Shown in pieces: positions 8,222 to 18,066 of a stretch of 64,000 nt of DNA. The stretch spans positions 23,175 through 87,174 of the forward strand of contig JBFMGD010000005.1 in assembly GCA_040751775.1 (NCBI GenBank), given 5' to 3'. Below the pieces are notes generated by a model, which saw only the letters and a program-made list of their open reading frames with translations, searched no databases and was not told the origin of the DNA. Both the position numbers and the translations under genes were made by a program. Origin of the DNA: Bacillota bacterium. Lineage in GTDB: Bacteria > Bacillota > Dethiobacteria > DTU022. The stretch's first letter is position 1. Each line of letters opens with the position of its first letter.

Positions 8222-11200
8222 TCTTTATTGGTCAGACGGTAGACGGCGGGGATGACCGCCAGCAGCAGCACGGTTCCGGTAACCTGGCCGCCGATAATTA
8301 CCAGGGCCATCGGAGCCTGCAGCTGGCTGCCTTCGCCCAGGCCCAGGGCCAGGGGGACAAGGCCGAGGATAGTGGTAATGGTGGTCATCAGGATCGGGCG
8401 CAGCCGCGCAGCTGCGCCTTCAATAATAGCGTTCTGCAGGGGGAGGCCGTACAGGCGCCGCTGCTGGTTGATGAAATCTACCATGATTATTCCGTCGTTG
8501 ACCAGGACTCCGGATAAGACCACCGCGCCGATCAGGGCGGGAACACTGAGGGTGTTACCGGTTAGCAGCAGCGAGAGTATCGATCCGGTATAGGCCAGGG
8601 GCAGGCTGCAAATGATGATTAGCGGGTGCAACAGCGATTCAAATTGAGCCGCCATGACCAGGTAGATCAGCAGAGCGGCCAGGACAAGCACCAGTTCCAG
8701 TTCACTAAAAACATCTCCCATCAGGGAGGCCGTGCCCGTTGTGCGAACCGTGTAGCCGGGCGGCAGCGCCATCTCCTCCACTACCTGCATCGCTTCCCGG
8801 GCGGCAGCTCCCAGGTCTCCCTGGTACTGGGCCTGTACAATGCCGACCACCCGTTGGTTTTCGCGGGGGATGCTGGTAGGGCCTTGTCCCCGGGTAAACT
8901 CGGCCACCTCGCCCAGTTTCAAAAAAGCACCGCTCGCCGTGTAAAAACCGATATTCTTCAGATCTTCCAGCGATGCCAGTTCGCTTTTCCGGTAGCCGAG
9001 GATTAAGTTCAGGATACCCATCTCTTCCGTTTCCAGCCGTGCCACCGGCATGCCTTCCATGGCCTGGCGCAACACTGTAGCCACCTGGAAAACGGTCACC
9101 CCTTTTTGAAGGGCCAAGCAATGATCCATATGAGCGTGGACCTCCGGCCTGGTTTCGTCCAAAACAGATTGGACATCGTTCATGCTAGTTGTATCGTGCA
9201 GGCGAGCAGCCAGTTCCGCCGCAATTTTGCTCACCTGATTCATCGATTCCCCTTCGACAATAAGCTCAAGCTTTGTCTCCAGCCCTACCGAGTCCAAAAG
9301 TGATTCACGGGTGAACCCCACCAGCGCTTCTCCTTCAATCAGCGCAACCCGGCGCCGGGCCTGCTCCATAATGGTGCCGATCGGTTCTCCCCGGCGCGGG
9401 TCGGTATGCACCCTGATCCGGGCCTGATTAGTTAATCCGCCATCGAAAGGCAGGCCGAAAAACTGGGTTTCGCCGATTCTGCTGGTATAAAAGTTTACAC
9501 CTTCCAAACCGATCAGTGTTTGCTCCACTGCCGCGACGTAGGCTTCGGTATGCCGCAGGGTGGTGCCTGCCGGTAAATTGATATCGATAAAAAACGAGGT
9601 ACCTTCCGGAGAGGGAAACAGGTTCATCCCCAACAACGGGTAAAGCAGTATGCCCAGCGCCACGAAAGCCGCTCCCAGCGCCACGGTTGCCCAGGGGCGT
9701 TGGATGACCCGTTCCAGAATGCGCCGGTAGAGGGGGGCTTGCCGGATTAAAATCCGGCGGGTGTCGCCGGGCCGCAGGAAACGTGAAGCTAAGAGGGGGA
9801 TTACCGTTAGAGCGATAATCAAGGAGGCAATTAAAGCACAGCTTACGGTAAGCGCAAAATCTTTAAAGAGCTCTCCCGCCAATCCGCTTAAAAAAACCAC
9901 TGGAAAGAAGACACTGATCGTGGTTAAGGTGGAGGCGGTAATCGCGCCGGCCACCTCTTTGCTTCCGGATACCGCCGCTGCATGGGGCTCCAAGCCCGCC
10001 TGGAAAAGGCGGTATATGTTTTCACTGACTATAATCGCGTTATCTACCAGCATGCCCGCCGCCAGGGCCAACGCTCCCAGAGTCATTAAATTTATCGTCA
10101 GGTTGGAAAAATAGAGTAAAGAAAAAGTGGCGATCACGGCAATAGGGATGGAGAGCCCGATTACGGCGACGGTCCGCCAATCCTTCAAAAAAGCCAACAG
10201 GATGCCTACGGCCAGCGTTGAGCCCCCGATCAGCGCCCAGGCTACGTCCGACAGGGCATTTTCGATTTCCCGGGCCTGGTCAAAAGTAGAAATAAAGTGA
10301 ATGCCGCGCGATTTTCCATCGCTGCTGCCGGAAATATCTTTTAAGACCTGCCGTACCTGCCGGGAGACCGCAACAGTGTTTGCCGCTCCTTCTTTCTGCA
10401 CGACCAGGCTGATACTGGGCTGTCCGTTGATCCGGGTGATCGTTGAAGGATCATGCAGGTCTACCTTAATATCGGCGATTGCACCAAGATAAACCGGTTC
10501 GATCGCCAAATCGTCCCCCATAAACGCCGCCGTGCCGCCCGGATTCGCCGAGGCAAGGATCATCGTTTCGGCCATCGCCGTTAAAGACTGTTCAATTTGA
10601 CGGGAGGCTTCAGCCAGCTCTGCTCCTGCCTGCGCCTGTAGTTGCCCGAGCCATACCTCCAGGTCAGGCAGGCGTATCAGCGGCATGTCCGTAATATTCT
10701 TCCAGTGAAAACATGTTCCGGGCGGCAGCGGTATTTCTATAATTTGATCCACTAAGGCTGCATTCCAGCGGCGGGGCATCAACAAGAGCAGCTGTTTGGG
10801 GTTGAGACCCCACTGTTCCAGCGCCGTCCGGTCAAGTGTAATCGCGAGTACATTTTTCGCTTCATTAATGCGGACCTGCGCGGTCAGATCACGCAGACAT
10901 ATGGTTTGCATCGGTATTTCAGCCGTGTTAAAAGAAGGGAGCGCCGCGCTGAAGCGCTTGTTTAAGTCCAGGTCAACTGCACGGCCCACCAGTTCATGCA
11001 GAGCCGCTTCATCCACCCGGAAACCGACAACCAGCTTCCGCAACTGATCGATTTCACCGGGCCGGCCCAGGAAGCGCAGGCGCAAGCGCGTATCGTCCAG
11101 CTCGGTGACCCCGGCGGGCATATCCAGGACACTGGCCCGCAAGATGTTGGCCACCTGCTCAAAAGAGATCCGGGCATCGTTGATCAAGGCCGGATCAAGT

Positions 11201-11751
11201 TTAATAAATAAATCCTGAACTGCTCCGCCCTGTACCTCCACGCTTGCCACGCCCTGAATTTGTTCCAGGCTTGGTTTAACCACACTGTTTAGCCAACTGG
11301 TCAGTTCCACCGGGTGATCGCTGCCGCTGGCGGCTACCTGTAATACCGGCAGCAGGGTCGGGTCGAATTTGAGGATAATCGGCCGGCGGGCGCCGTCGGG
11401 TAAGGAGAGCAGATCCAGGCGGGCGCTTACTTCGTCACGTAAACTATTGAGCTCCGAACCCCAGTGAAACTTGAGCACAACCAGGGAGAGGTTTTCCTGG
11501 GAGAAGGATGAAAGGTTAGTCAAACCCCCGATGGCGGAGACCTGTTGCTCGATCGGTTCTGTGACCAGGTTAAGGGTCTCGCGTGGCGAACTGCCGGGAA
11601 AGACGGTAATTACGGCGATCAGGGGCGGCTTAATATCGGGCAGCAAATCCAGGGGAGCTTTCCAAAGGGAGACCAGGCCGATAATCATCACCAGGCAGAC
11701 CATGGTCAATGTTGTAACAGGACGCTTAATTACCCGGTCAGGTAAACTCAA
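8218..11751 (-). CDS. RND superfamily efflux transporter permease (AcrB/HAE-type), no adjacent adaptor or OMF gene
   Basis: 1177 aa. It has the AcrB-like N-terminus with a TM1 stretch VCLVMIIGLVSLWKAPLDLLPDIKPPLIAVITVFPG, two large periplasmic loops and 12 predicted TM segments. Confidence 0.8.
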   Translation of the reverse strand: MSLPDRVIKRPVTTLTMVCLVMIIGLVSLWKAPLDLLPDIKPPLIAVITVFPGSSPRETLNLVTEPIEQQVSAIGGLTNLSSFSQENLSLVVLKFHWGSELNSLRDEVSARLDLLSLPDGARRPIILKFDPTLLPVLQVAASGSDHPVELTSWLNSVVKPSLEQIQGVASVEVQGGAVQDLFIKLDPALINDARISFEQVANILRASVLDMPAGVTELDDTRLRLRFLGRPGEIDQLRKLVVGFRVDEAALHELVGRAVDLDLNKRFSAALPSFNTAEIPMQTICLRDLTAQVRINEAKNVLAITLDRTALEQWGLNPKQLLLLMPRRWNAALVDQIIEIPLPPGTCFHWKNITDMPLIRLPDLEVWLGQLQAQAGAELAEASRQIEQSLTAMAETMILASANPGGTAAFMGDDLAIEPVYLGAIADIKVDLHDPSTITRINGQPSISLVVQKEGAANTVAVSRQVRQVLKDISGSSDGKSRGIHFISTFDQAREIENALSDVAWALIGGSTLAVGILLAFLKDWRTVAVIGLSIPIAVIATFSLLYFSNLTINLMTLGALALAAGMLVDNAIIVSENIYRLFQAGLEPHAAAVSGSKEVAGAITASTLTTISVFFPVVFLSGLAGELFKDFALTVSCALIASLIIALTVIPLLASRFLRPGDTRRILIRQAPLYRRILERVIQRPWATVALGAAFVALGILLYPLLGMNLFPSPEGTSFFIDINLPAGTTLRHTEAYVAAVEQTLIGLEGVNFYTSRIGETQFFGLPFDGGLTNQARIRVHTDPRRGEPIGTIMEQARRRVALIEGEALVGFTRESLLDSVGLETKLELIVEGESMNQVSKIAAELAARLHDTTSMNDVQSVLDETRPEVHAHMDHCLALQKGVTVFQVATVLRQAMEGMPVARLETEEMGILNLILGYRKSELASLEDLKNIGFYTASGAFLKLGEVAEFTRGQGPTSIPRENQRVVGIVQAQYQGDLGAAAREAMQVVEEMALPPGYTVRTTGTASLMGDVFSELELVLVLAALLIYLVMAAQFESLLHPLIIICSLPLAYTGSILSLLLTGNTLSVPALIGAVVLSGVLVNDGIIMVDFINQQRRLYGLPLQNAIIEGAAARLRPILMTTITTILGLVPLALGLGEGSQLQAPMALVIIGGQVTGTVLLLAVIPAVYRLTNKD

Positions 11752-11973
11752 CTAGCCGACCTCCTTAAGCTTAACTACTTTATTATTGCTTAAACGCATA
11801 AACTTATGAGGCGGGGGACAACTCTTCCCCTTTATTTCTATTTTTTTCATCTTCCTTTGAAAAGAGCTTTTTTCTACCGGTTAGTGTGATAAAATGTAAT
11901 CACTAAATTAATAATTTTTACTTCTCTAATTACTCGAGTCTTCATATTAATACAGGTGTGGTGACACTAAAAA

Positions 11974-12888
11974 GTGAGTACAGATGACGCTGTATCGACT
12001 GCCTGGAACGGTCTGCATAACCCCGCCCTCACCGTCGACCAGGCGGATTTAGTAGTTCTGGGTTTGCCTTTTGACGGAGCCGCCTCTTTCCGCAAAGGGG
12101 CCGCGGAGGCTCCGGAGCGGATCAGGAACATTTCAACCCATATCCCTCCCACAACCGAAGAAGGCAAGCTGCTTACCGGGTTGCGCGTCCTGGACCTGGG
12201 TGATATCGAGCCGTCGGCCGGGTGCCAGCAGGACTATTTCGATGAAATTGAGGCTGCCGCGGCGGGCCTTTTCGGCCGGACTATTCCCTTTTTTATCGGC
12301 GGCGATCATTCAGTAAGCATACCGCTTTTACGGGCCGCCGGCCGCGTTTTCCAAGAGAAAATCGGGATCATCTATTTTGACGCTCATCTGGACCTGTGTG
12401 CAGCGCTGGGCGGTAACAACTTCTCGCACGGCTGCACCTGCCGGCGGGCTTTGGAATGCGCTCCTTTCGACCTGCAGGATATTTTTTTTATCGGCACCCG
12501 CTCTTTTGAACTGCAGGAGCTGCACTTTCTCAAAGGAAAAGCGGCCCATATTTATACGGCTGGAGCGCTTACCCGCGACGGTCTTTCCCGGGCCGCGGCG
12601 GAGATCAGCAGCTGCCTGGCGCCTTTTAAGTATGTCTATATCTCCCTGGACATTGATTTTCTTGACCCCGCGGTTGCCCCCGGCACCGGCACCCCCAAGC
12701 CGGGCGGCTTTACCAGCCGCGATTTGCTTGACCTCTTAAAGGTATTCTCCCGCCTGCCTGTGATCGGCATGGATCTGGTCGAAGTAGCCCCGCCGTTGGA
12801 TCAAAACGATATTACTTCTTTTGCCGCCCAAAGGGCCATCACTGAAATGTGGGGCTTTCTATTTGCCGGTCGGCAGCCGTCCGGCTAG
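11974..12888 (+). CDS. Ureohydrolase of the arginase/agmatinase/formiminoglutamase family
   Basis: 304 aa. The Mn-binding motifs GGDHS, DAHLD and SLDIDFLDPAVAPGTGTP are present. The start is GTG. The substrate cannot be assigned from sequence. Confidence 0.75.
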   Translation: MSTDDAVSTAWNGLHNPALTVDQADLVVLGLPFDGAASFRKGAAEAPERIRNISTHIPPTTEEGKLLTGLRVLDLGDIEPSAGCQQDYFDEIEAAAAGLFGRTIPFFIGGDHSVSIPLLRAAGRVFQEKIGIIYFDAHLDLCAALGGNNFSHGCTCRRALECAPFDLQDIFFIGTRSFELQELHFLKGKAAHIYTAGALTRDGLSRAAAEISSCLAPFKYVYISLDIDFLDPAVAPGTGTPKPGGFTSRDLLDLLKVFSRLPVIGMDLVEVAPPLDQNDITSFAAQRAITEMWGFLFAGRQPSG

Positions 12889-13114
12889 CGCCGCCACTCA
12901 CGTGACATTATTTAGGCCGTCCCCGACGGCAATTCGGCAGTTATGTCCAAAAATGGGCATTTTAGCTGGCCCGGTTGTTCCGGCAGCCTGGGAAAACCAC
13001 CATTATACAAGGGTTAATCGTTAGAAGATTTTTGCATAAAATGTTTTCAATATTTAGAATTGAATCAATACACAGTCAAACAACAAAAACCAGCGGTGAC
13101 GCGGGAGGGGTAAA

Positions 13115-13762
13115 ATGAACGCAAGCTTAAATGAGATCAAACAGGCTCTGATTGAAGGACGGAAGAATGAAACCGTGCAGCGGGTCGAAGCGGCGGTTGG
13201 CGCCGGTGTGGAACCGGCTCTAATCATCAGGGAAGCGCTAACACCGGCACTCTATCTGGTCGGCGAAAAGTTTGACCAGGGAGAATACTTTTTGCCCGAT
13301 ATGATGCTGGCCGCGGAAGCGATGGGCGCTGCGATCAATTTTTTGGAGCCCCTGATCAAGCGTGATCAGGCCGGCCCGGACCGTGCCGGGCGGGTCGTAA
13401 TCGGGACGGTAAAAGGAGACCTGCACTGCATCGGTAAAGATATTGTGATCATGATGTTGAAAGCGGCCGGTTTCGAAGTATTTGACCTTGGCGTGAACGT
13501 GCCTGCCGCGGTTTTCGTGGAACAGGTCAAGGAAAAACAAGCCGATATTTTGGGTATTTCCGCCCTGATGACTACCACGATTCAGGAGCAGAAGAAGATT
13601 ATTGAACTGCTGCGGGAGAAGGGATGGCGCGACCGGGTCAAGGTAATCGTAGGCGGCGCCCCGCTTTCCGAAGAATGGGCTTTAAAAATCGGGGCGGACG
13701 CTTATGCCGCCGACGCCATCGCCGGGGTAAAAAAAGTCAAAGCCTTGATCGGTGCCAAATAG
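13115..13762 (+). CDS. Corrinoid (cobalamin-binding) protein partner of an MttB-family methyltransferase (MtgC/MttC-like)
   Basis: 215 aa. It has the B12 His-on motif DxHxxG (DLHCIGKDIV), and a Rossmann-like B12-binding domain follows an N-terminal helical cap. RBS gggagggg precedes the ATG. Confidence 0.8.
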   Translation: MNASLNEIKQALIEGRKNETVQRVEAAVGAGVEPALIIREALTPALYLVGEKFDQGEYFLPDMMLAAEAMGAAINFLEPLIKRDQAGPDRAGRVVIGTVKGDLHCIGKDIVIMMLKAAGFEVFDLGVNVPAAVFVEQVKEKQADILGISALMTTTIQEQKKIIELLREKGWRDRVKVIVGGAPLSEEWALKIGADAYAADAIAGVKKVKALIGAK

Positions 13763-13777
13763 AAAGGGGTAAACGCT

Positions 13778-15211
13778 TTGATCTTTGAACCGTTAAGCAA
13801 AAAGGACCTGGAGGCGGTTCATACCGCCACGCTCGACATTCTGTCGACCACGGGAGTTGTTTTGGAGGGAGAACGCGCCCGGAAAGCCCTGCTTGACGCG
13901 GGCTGCCGTGTGGATAAAGGACGCCTCTTACTTCCTGCCGGCCTCGTGGAAGATGCTTTAAGAGATCCGGTTTCGATAACCATTTACGGGGTCGATTCAT
14001 CAATCGAGATGCCCCTTACCGAGGCGGTTCGTTCTTATTCTCATAATTTTGGTTCTGTTTCCGTTTTGTTGGAGCCAGGCGGGCAGAATATCCGTGAGGC
14101 GACGGCGAAAGACCTTGAAGAGTTCATCCGCATCAGTGACTTTCTGCCGCACCTCGATATGGTTGTGCCCAGCTTGCGGCCAACCGACTTTCCCGAAGAG
14201 GTCGCCACCCTGGCCATGACGATCTGTGCTTTTATAAATACCCGGAAACCGGTGGATATCGGCACCGCATCGGACTCCTGGGAAGTCAAGTGCCTGGTTG
14301 AAGCCGCCAGCGTGGTCCGGGGCGGCCTGGACCGTTTAAAGCAAAAGCCGATGGGGACCATCTCCATTTCCCCGTTAAGCCCGCTGAACTTTCCGGCCGA
14401 TATTACCGAAGCCATCGTCGACTGCGCCGCGTTGGGCTTGCCGATCACAATGCTCCCCTGCCCTACCCGGGGCCTGACGGCGCCGCTGACACTGATAGGC
14501 GGCCTGGTTCAGCAAAATGCCGAGCAGTTGGCCTTTCTGACCCTGGCCAAGGTGATCAACCGCGGCACACCGTTGCTGTATACCTGTCGGCTGGCTGCCG
14601 CCAACATGCGCACCGGATTTGTCGGCGGCAATGATCCCGACCTCGGACTTTCCGGTGCCTGTGCGGCCCAGATTGCCCGCTACTACGGCTTGCCTTCCGG
14701 TGTTTACGGCCTGGATACAGGAGCGGTGCTGCCTGACATTCAATCCGGCTACGAGCGGGCGATCAATTGCCTCCCGCCGGTTTTAGCCCGGGCTACCTTT
14801 ATTTCCGGGATGGGGCTGCTCAACGGCGGGCTTCTGGCCAGCGCGGAGCAGCTGGTGATTGATGACGAAATTTACGCCATGCTGACCCACCGCCGGGATG
14901 GGCTTACAGTTAACCGGGAAACGATTGGACTGGAGACAATCAGCGCCGTGATGGAAGGCGACAATTTCCTGGCCAAGGAACATACCAGGGATTATCTGCG
15001 CCGGGGTGAACTGTACATGGGCAAGCTGGGTAATGGAGCGGCCTATGAAGAATGGCTTTCCCAGGGTTCACCCGATATCAGGCAGTCCGTGAAAAAACGC
15101 CTTGAAGCTATCCTGGCCGAGCATCCCGGCCCGTACCTGGATGAAAAAATGAACCGGGAACTAAACCTGCTCCTGGAGAAGGCAGCGCGGTCCAGGACCG
15201 GGACCGCTTAA
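13778..15211 (+). CDS. MttB-superfamily methyltransferase, non-pyrrolysine type (quaternary amine or methylamine:corrinoid methyltransferase)
   Basis: 477 aa and continuous, with no in-frame TAG. The start is TTG, 16 nt after the corrinoid gene stop. The N-terminal block ILSTTGVVLEGERARKALLDAGC is typical of MttB/MtgB homologs. Confidence 0.75.
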   Translation: MIFEPLSKKDLEAVHTATLDILSTTGVVLEGERARKALLDAGCRVDKGRLLLPAGLVEDALRDPVSITIYGVDSSIEMPLTEAVRSYSHNFGSVSVLLEPGGQNIREATAKDLEEFIRISDFLPHLDMVVPSLRPTDFPEEVATLAMTICAFINTRKPVDIGTASDSWEVKCLVEAASVVRGGLDRLKQKPMGTISISPLSPLNFPADITEAIVDCAALGLPITMLPCPTRGLTAPLTLIGGLVQQNAEQLAFLTLAKVINRGTPLLYTCRLAAANMRTGFVGGNDPDLGLSGACAAQIARYYGLPSGVYGLDTGAVLPDIQSGYERAINCLPPVLARATFISGMGLLNGGLLASAEQLVIDDEIYAMLTHRRDGLTVNRETIGLETISAVMEGDNFLAKEHTRDYLRRGELYMGKLGNGAAYEEWLSQGSPDIRQSVKKRLEAILAEHPGPYLDEKMNRELNLLLEKAARSRTGTA

Positions 15212-15332
15212 CAGTTCAATGAAATATATGGCCATAAGTTGAAAACGGGAGGTGATCGATTTAACAGCTCTTTAACCGGTGCTTGGTCTTTTTTAGTAAG
15301 GCTGTGATTAATCAATATTTGAGGAGGCAGCG

Positions 15333-16973
15333 ATGCGAAAGAGAAAACTTTTTACGGCAGTGTTGATACTGGCGGTAGTGATCGCCCTCATATTGAGCCT
15401 GGCCGGCTGCGGCCAGGTGGCTGAAGAAAAAAATGTGCTGCGGGTCGGTATGACCCGCGAAGTGGAGAGCCTAAACCCGATGCTGGTCTGGTCCATGCAA
15501 GGCTACGAGGTAATGATGCTGAACTACAACCTGCTGATCAGCTGGGATGAAGACCTCAACCCGATCGCCAACCTGGCCCGGGATTGGGAGGCGGACGAAG
15601 ACGGCATGCTCTGGACCTTCTATTTGCATGAAGACGTCACCTGGCATGACGGGGAACCTTTCACGGCCGAAGACGTTAAATTTACCTTCGAATATATTCG
15701 TGACAGCGAAGAAGAACTCGGCTACTTCTATGATTATGTGGCCGGCATGGAAGAGATCACCGTTGTCGATGAGCATACGGTAACCATTAAAACTGATGAG
15801 CCCCTGGCCTGGATGCCCCAGATCTGGGTGCCGATTTTACCGAAGCATATCTGGGAAGAAATTGACCAGGAGTTCGCCAGCTCCGAATTTGAGAATGAAG
15901 ATCCCGTCGGCACCGGTCCGTTTCGCGTGATTGAACACGTTCAGGGTCAGTACACCAGGCTTGCGGCCAATGATCAATATTTCAAAGGGCGTCCCGAGCT
16001 GGACGAGGTGATCCTGATTACCTATGCCAATGCCGATATGATGGTGGAAGCGCTGAAACGGGGTGAACTGGACATTATTACCTCCGTTCCGGCCGCCCAG
16101 TTCAAAGCCCTGGTGGACGACGCCGTGCCCGATATCGTCACCCTGGCTGCCTCGTCACCTTCTTTCAGTGAACTCTCTTTCAACGTTTGGGAAGACGCCG
16201 CTTCCCTGGGCAACCCGCTGCTGCTGGACCATGCTGTCCGGGAAGCTTTTGAATACGCCATCGACCGCGATCACCTGATCGAGGTTGCTTTTTACGGTTA
16301 CGGCGAATTCGGCACCACCCTGGTGCCGCCCCTGTATGACTTCTGGCACCTGAAGCTGAACGATGACGAGATCAGGCATTTTAACCCGGATAAGGCGAAG
16401 GAAATACTGGATAACGCCGGATACGCGGTCGGCGATAACGGGGTCAGGGTCAGCGCCGACGGAGTACCGCTCTCCTTTGAGCTGCTGGTCCGCACCGAAT
16501 CACCCGATAACCAGAAAGCGGCCATGCTGATCAAGGAGTGGCTTAACACCGTGGGGATTGAGATTACGATCGGCGTGATCGACGAAGGCACGCTGACCGA
16601 CCGGATTTTGGAGAGTGATTTTGACATGTTCATCTGGGGTTGGTATGTGGATGTTGATCCCACCTCCATCCTCAAGATTATGACGACCGATGAGATCCAA
16701 TCCTGGAGCGATTGTTTTTACTCCAATCCCGAGTATGACGCAATGCATTTGCGGCAGCAGCGGATCCTGGATTGGGACGAGCGTCAACAGATGATTTTTG
16801 ACATGCAGCGCATCGTTTATGATGATATTCCTTATGTCCTGCTTTCCTATGACCCCGAGCTGCAGGCTTACCGTACCGACAAATATGAAGGGTGGACGCG
16901 CAACCCGGCTCTCGGTCCGGTAATCTATACTAATACTGTCGAAACATACGAAAGGCTCCAGCCTAATCAATAA
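15333..16973 (+). CDS. ABC transporter substrate-binding lipoprotein, family 5 (peptide/nickel/opine type)
   Basis: 546 aa. It has a signal peptide with lipobox LAGCGQ, and its size and sequence are typical of DppA/OppA-family solute-binding proteins. Confidence 0.75.
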   Translation: MRKRKLFTAVLILAVVIALILSLAGCGQVAEEKNVLRVGMTREVESLNPMLVWSMQGYEVMMLNYNLLISWDEDLNPIANLARDWEADEDGMLWTFYLHEDVTWHDGEPFTAEDVKFTFEYIRDSEEELGYFYDYVAGMEEITVVDEHTVTIKTDEPLAWMPQIWVPILPKHIWEEIDQEFASSEFENEDPVGTGPFRVIEHVQGQYTRLAANDQYFKGRPELDEVILITYANADMMVEALKRGELDIITSVPAAQFKALVDDAVPDIVTLAASSPSFSELSFNVWEDAASLGNPLLLDHAVREAFEYAIDRDHLIEVAFYGYGEFGTTLVPPLYDFWHLKLNDDEIRHFNPDKAKEILDNAGYAVGDNGVRVSADGVPLSFELLVRTESPDNQKAAMLIKEWLNTVGIEITIGVIDEGTLTDRILESDFDMFIWGWYVDVDPTSILKIMTTDEIQSWSDCFYSNPEYDAMHLRQQRILDWDERQQMIFDMQRIVYDDIPYVLLSYDPELQAYRTDKYEGWTRNPALGPVIYTNTVETYERLQPNQ

Positions 16974-17054
16974 AAGCGGTAGCCGGCCGAAAATAACGCG
17001 TGACATCAACCGGCGGCCAGAGCCGGGCGGCGGCATCCGCCCGGCCCGGCCGGG

Positions 17055-18056
17055 TTGTCCAAGGCCGACGGAGGTGGAAATATATTGAACATGCGGGGCT
17101 ACCTCCTGCGCAAGTTTTTTCAGACGGTAATGACTATTTTTATCGTAATTGTCTTCAATTTTTTTCTATTTCGAATTATGCCGGGGGATCCGGTGCGGAT
17201 ATTAATCCGCAATCCCCGCGTATCCGCCGAATCACTGGCTAGGGTAACGCAGCAGTTCGGCCTGGATCAAAGCCTGCCGGTGCAATTCGGAATCTACCTG
17301 CGTGATCTGTTTACCGGCAATCTGGGCCACTCCTTCGGTTACCGGCAACCGGTGTTGGATTTGATCATGGAAAGGCTGCCTCCGACCCTGCTGCTGGTGG
17401 GAACCGCCACCGTGCTATCGATCATCATCGGTGTGGCCCTCGGTGTAGTGCTGGCCTGGAAGCGCGGCACCAAGTTCGATGTGGGCGGTTTAAGCCTCTC
17501 ACTGATCCTTTACTCCATGCCCACCTTTTGGGTGGGTATCCTCATGATCATGCTATTTTCGGTTTATCTGAACATTTTTCCGATCGGCGGCATGGGTATG
17601 CCCGGCGTTTTTTATACGAGCTACTGGGGTGAGCTGGCGGCCAAGTTGCGCTACCTTTTTCTGCCCGCGGTCACCTTTGCCCTGATCCTGGTCGGTGAAT
17701 ATGCCCTGATCATGCGCAGCTCTTTGCTGGAGGTAATGCGTGAGGATTACATGCTTACCGCGCGAGCCAAGGGAGTGACCAGCGGAAACCTGCTGCGCAG
17801 GCACGCCCTGCCCAACGCCATGCTGCCGATGGTTACCCTGATCGCGATTAACCTGGGCTTTATCGTCGGGGGTGCCATTCAGATCGAAACGGTATTCTCC
17901 TGGCCGGGACTGGGCCGGCTGATGTATACCGCTTTGACCAACCGCGATTACCCCATGCTGCAGGGGCTGTTTTTATTTGTCACCGTTTGCGTGGTCGGGG
18001 CTAATTTTCTGGCAGATATCCTTTACCGCTACCTGGATCCCCGGGTAAAATCGTAG
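17055..18056 (+). CDS. ABC transporter permease (DppB/OppB-like)
   Basis: It has six TM segments and the EAA-type motif YMLTARAKGVTSGNLLRRHALPN. The true start may be the internal M at MRGYLL. Confidence 0.75.
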   Translation: MSKADGGGNILNMRGYLLRKFFQTVMTIFIVIVFNFFLFRIMPGDPVRILIRNPRVSAESLARVTQQFGLDQSLPVQFGIYLRDLFTGNLGHSFGYRQPVLDLIMERLPPTLLLVGTATVLSIIIGVALGVVLAWKRGTKFDVGGLSLSLILYSMPTFWVGILMIMLFSVYLNIFPIGGMGMPGVFYTSYWGELAAKLRYLFLPAVTFALILVGEYALIMRSSLLEVMREDYMLTARAKGVTSGNLLRRHALPNAMLPMVTLIAINLGFIVGGAIQIETVFSWPGLGRLMYTALTNRDYPMLQGLFLFVTVCVVGANFLADILYRYLDPRVKS

Positions 18057-18066
18057 GGGGGCGCAG

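Noticed and set aside
13778-15211. Possibility that the MttB homolog is a pyrrolysine-containing trimethylamine methyltransferase
   Set aside because: The ORF is continuous with no in-frame amber codon, and no pylTSBCD genes are present in the window.
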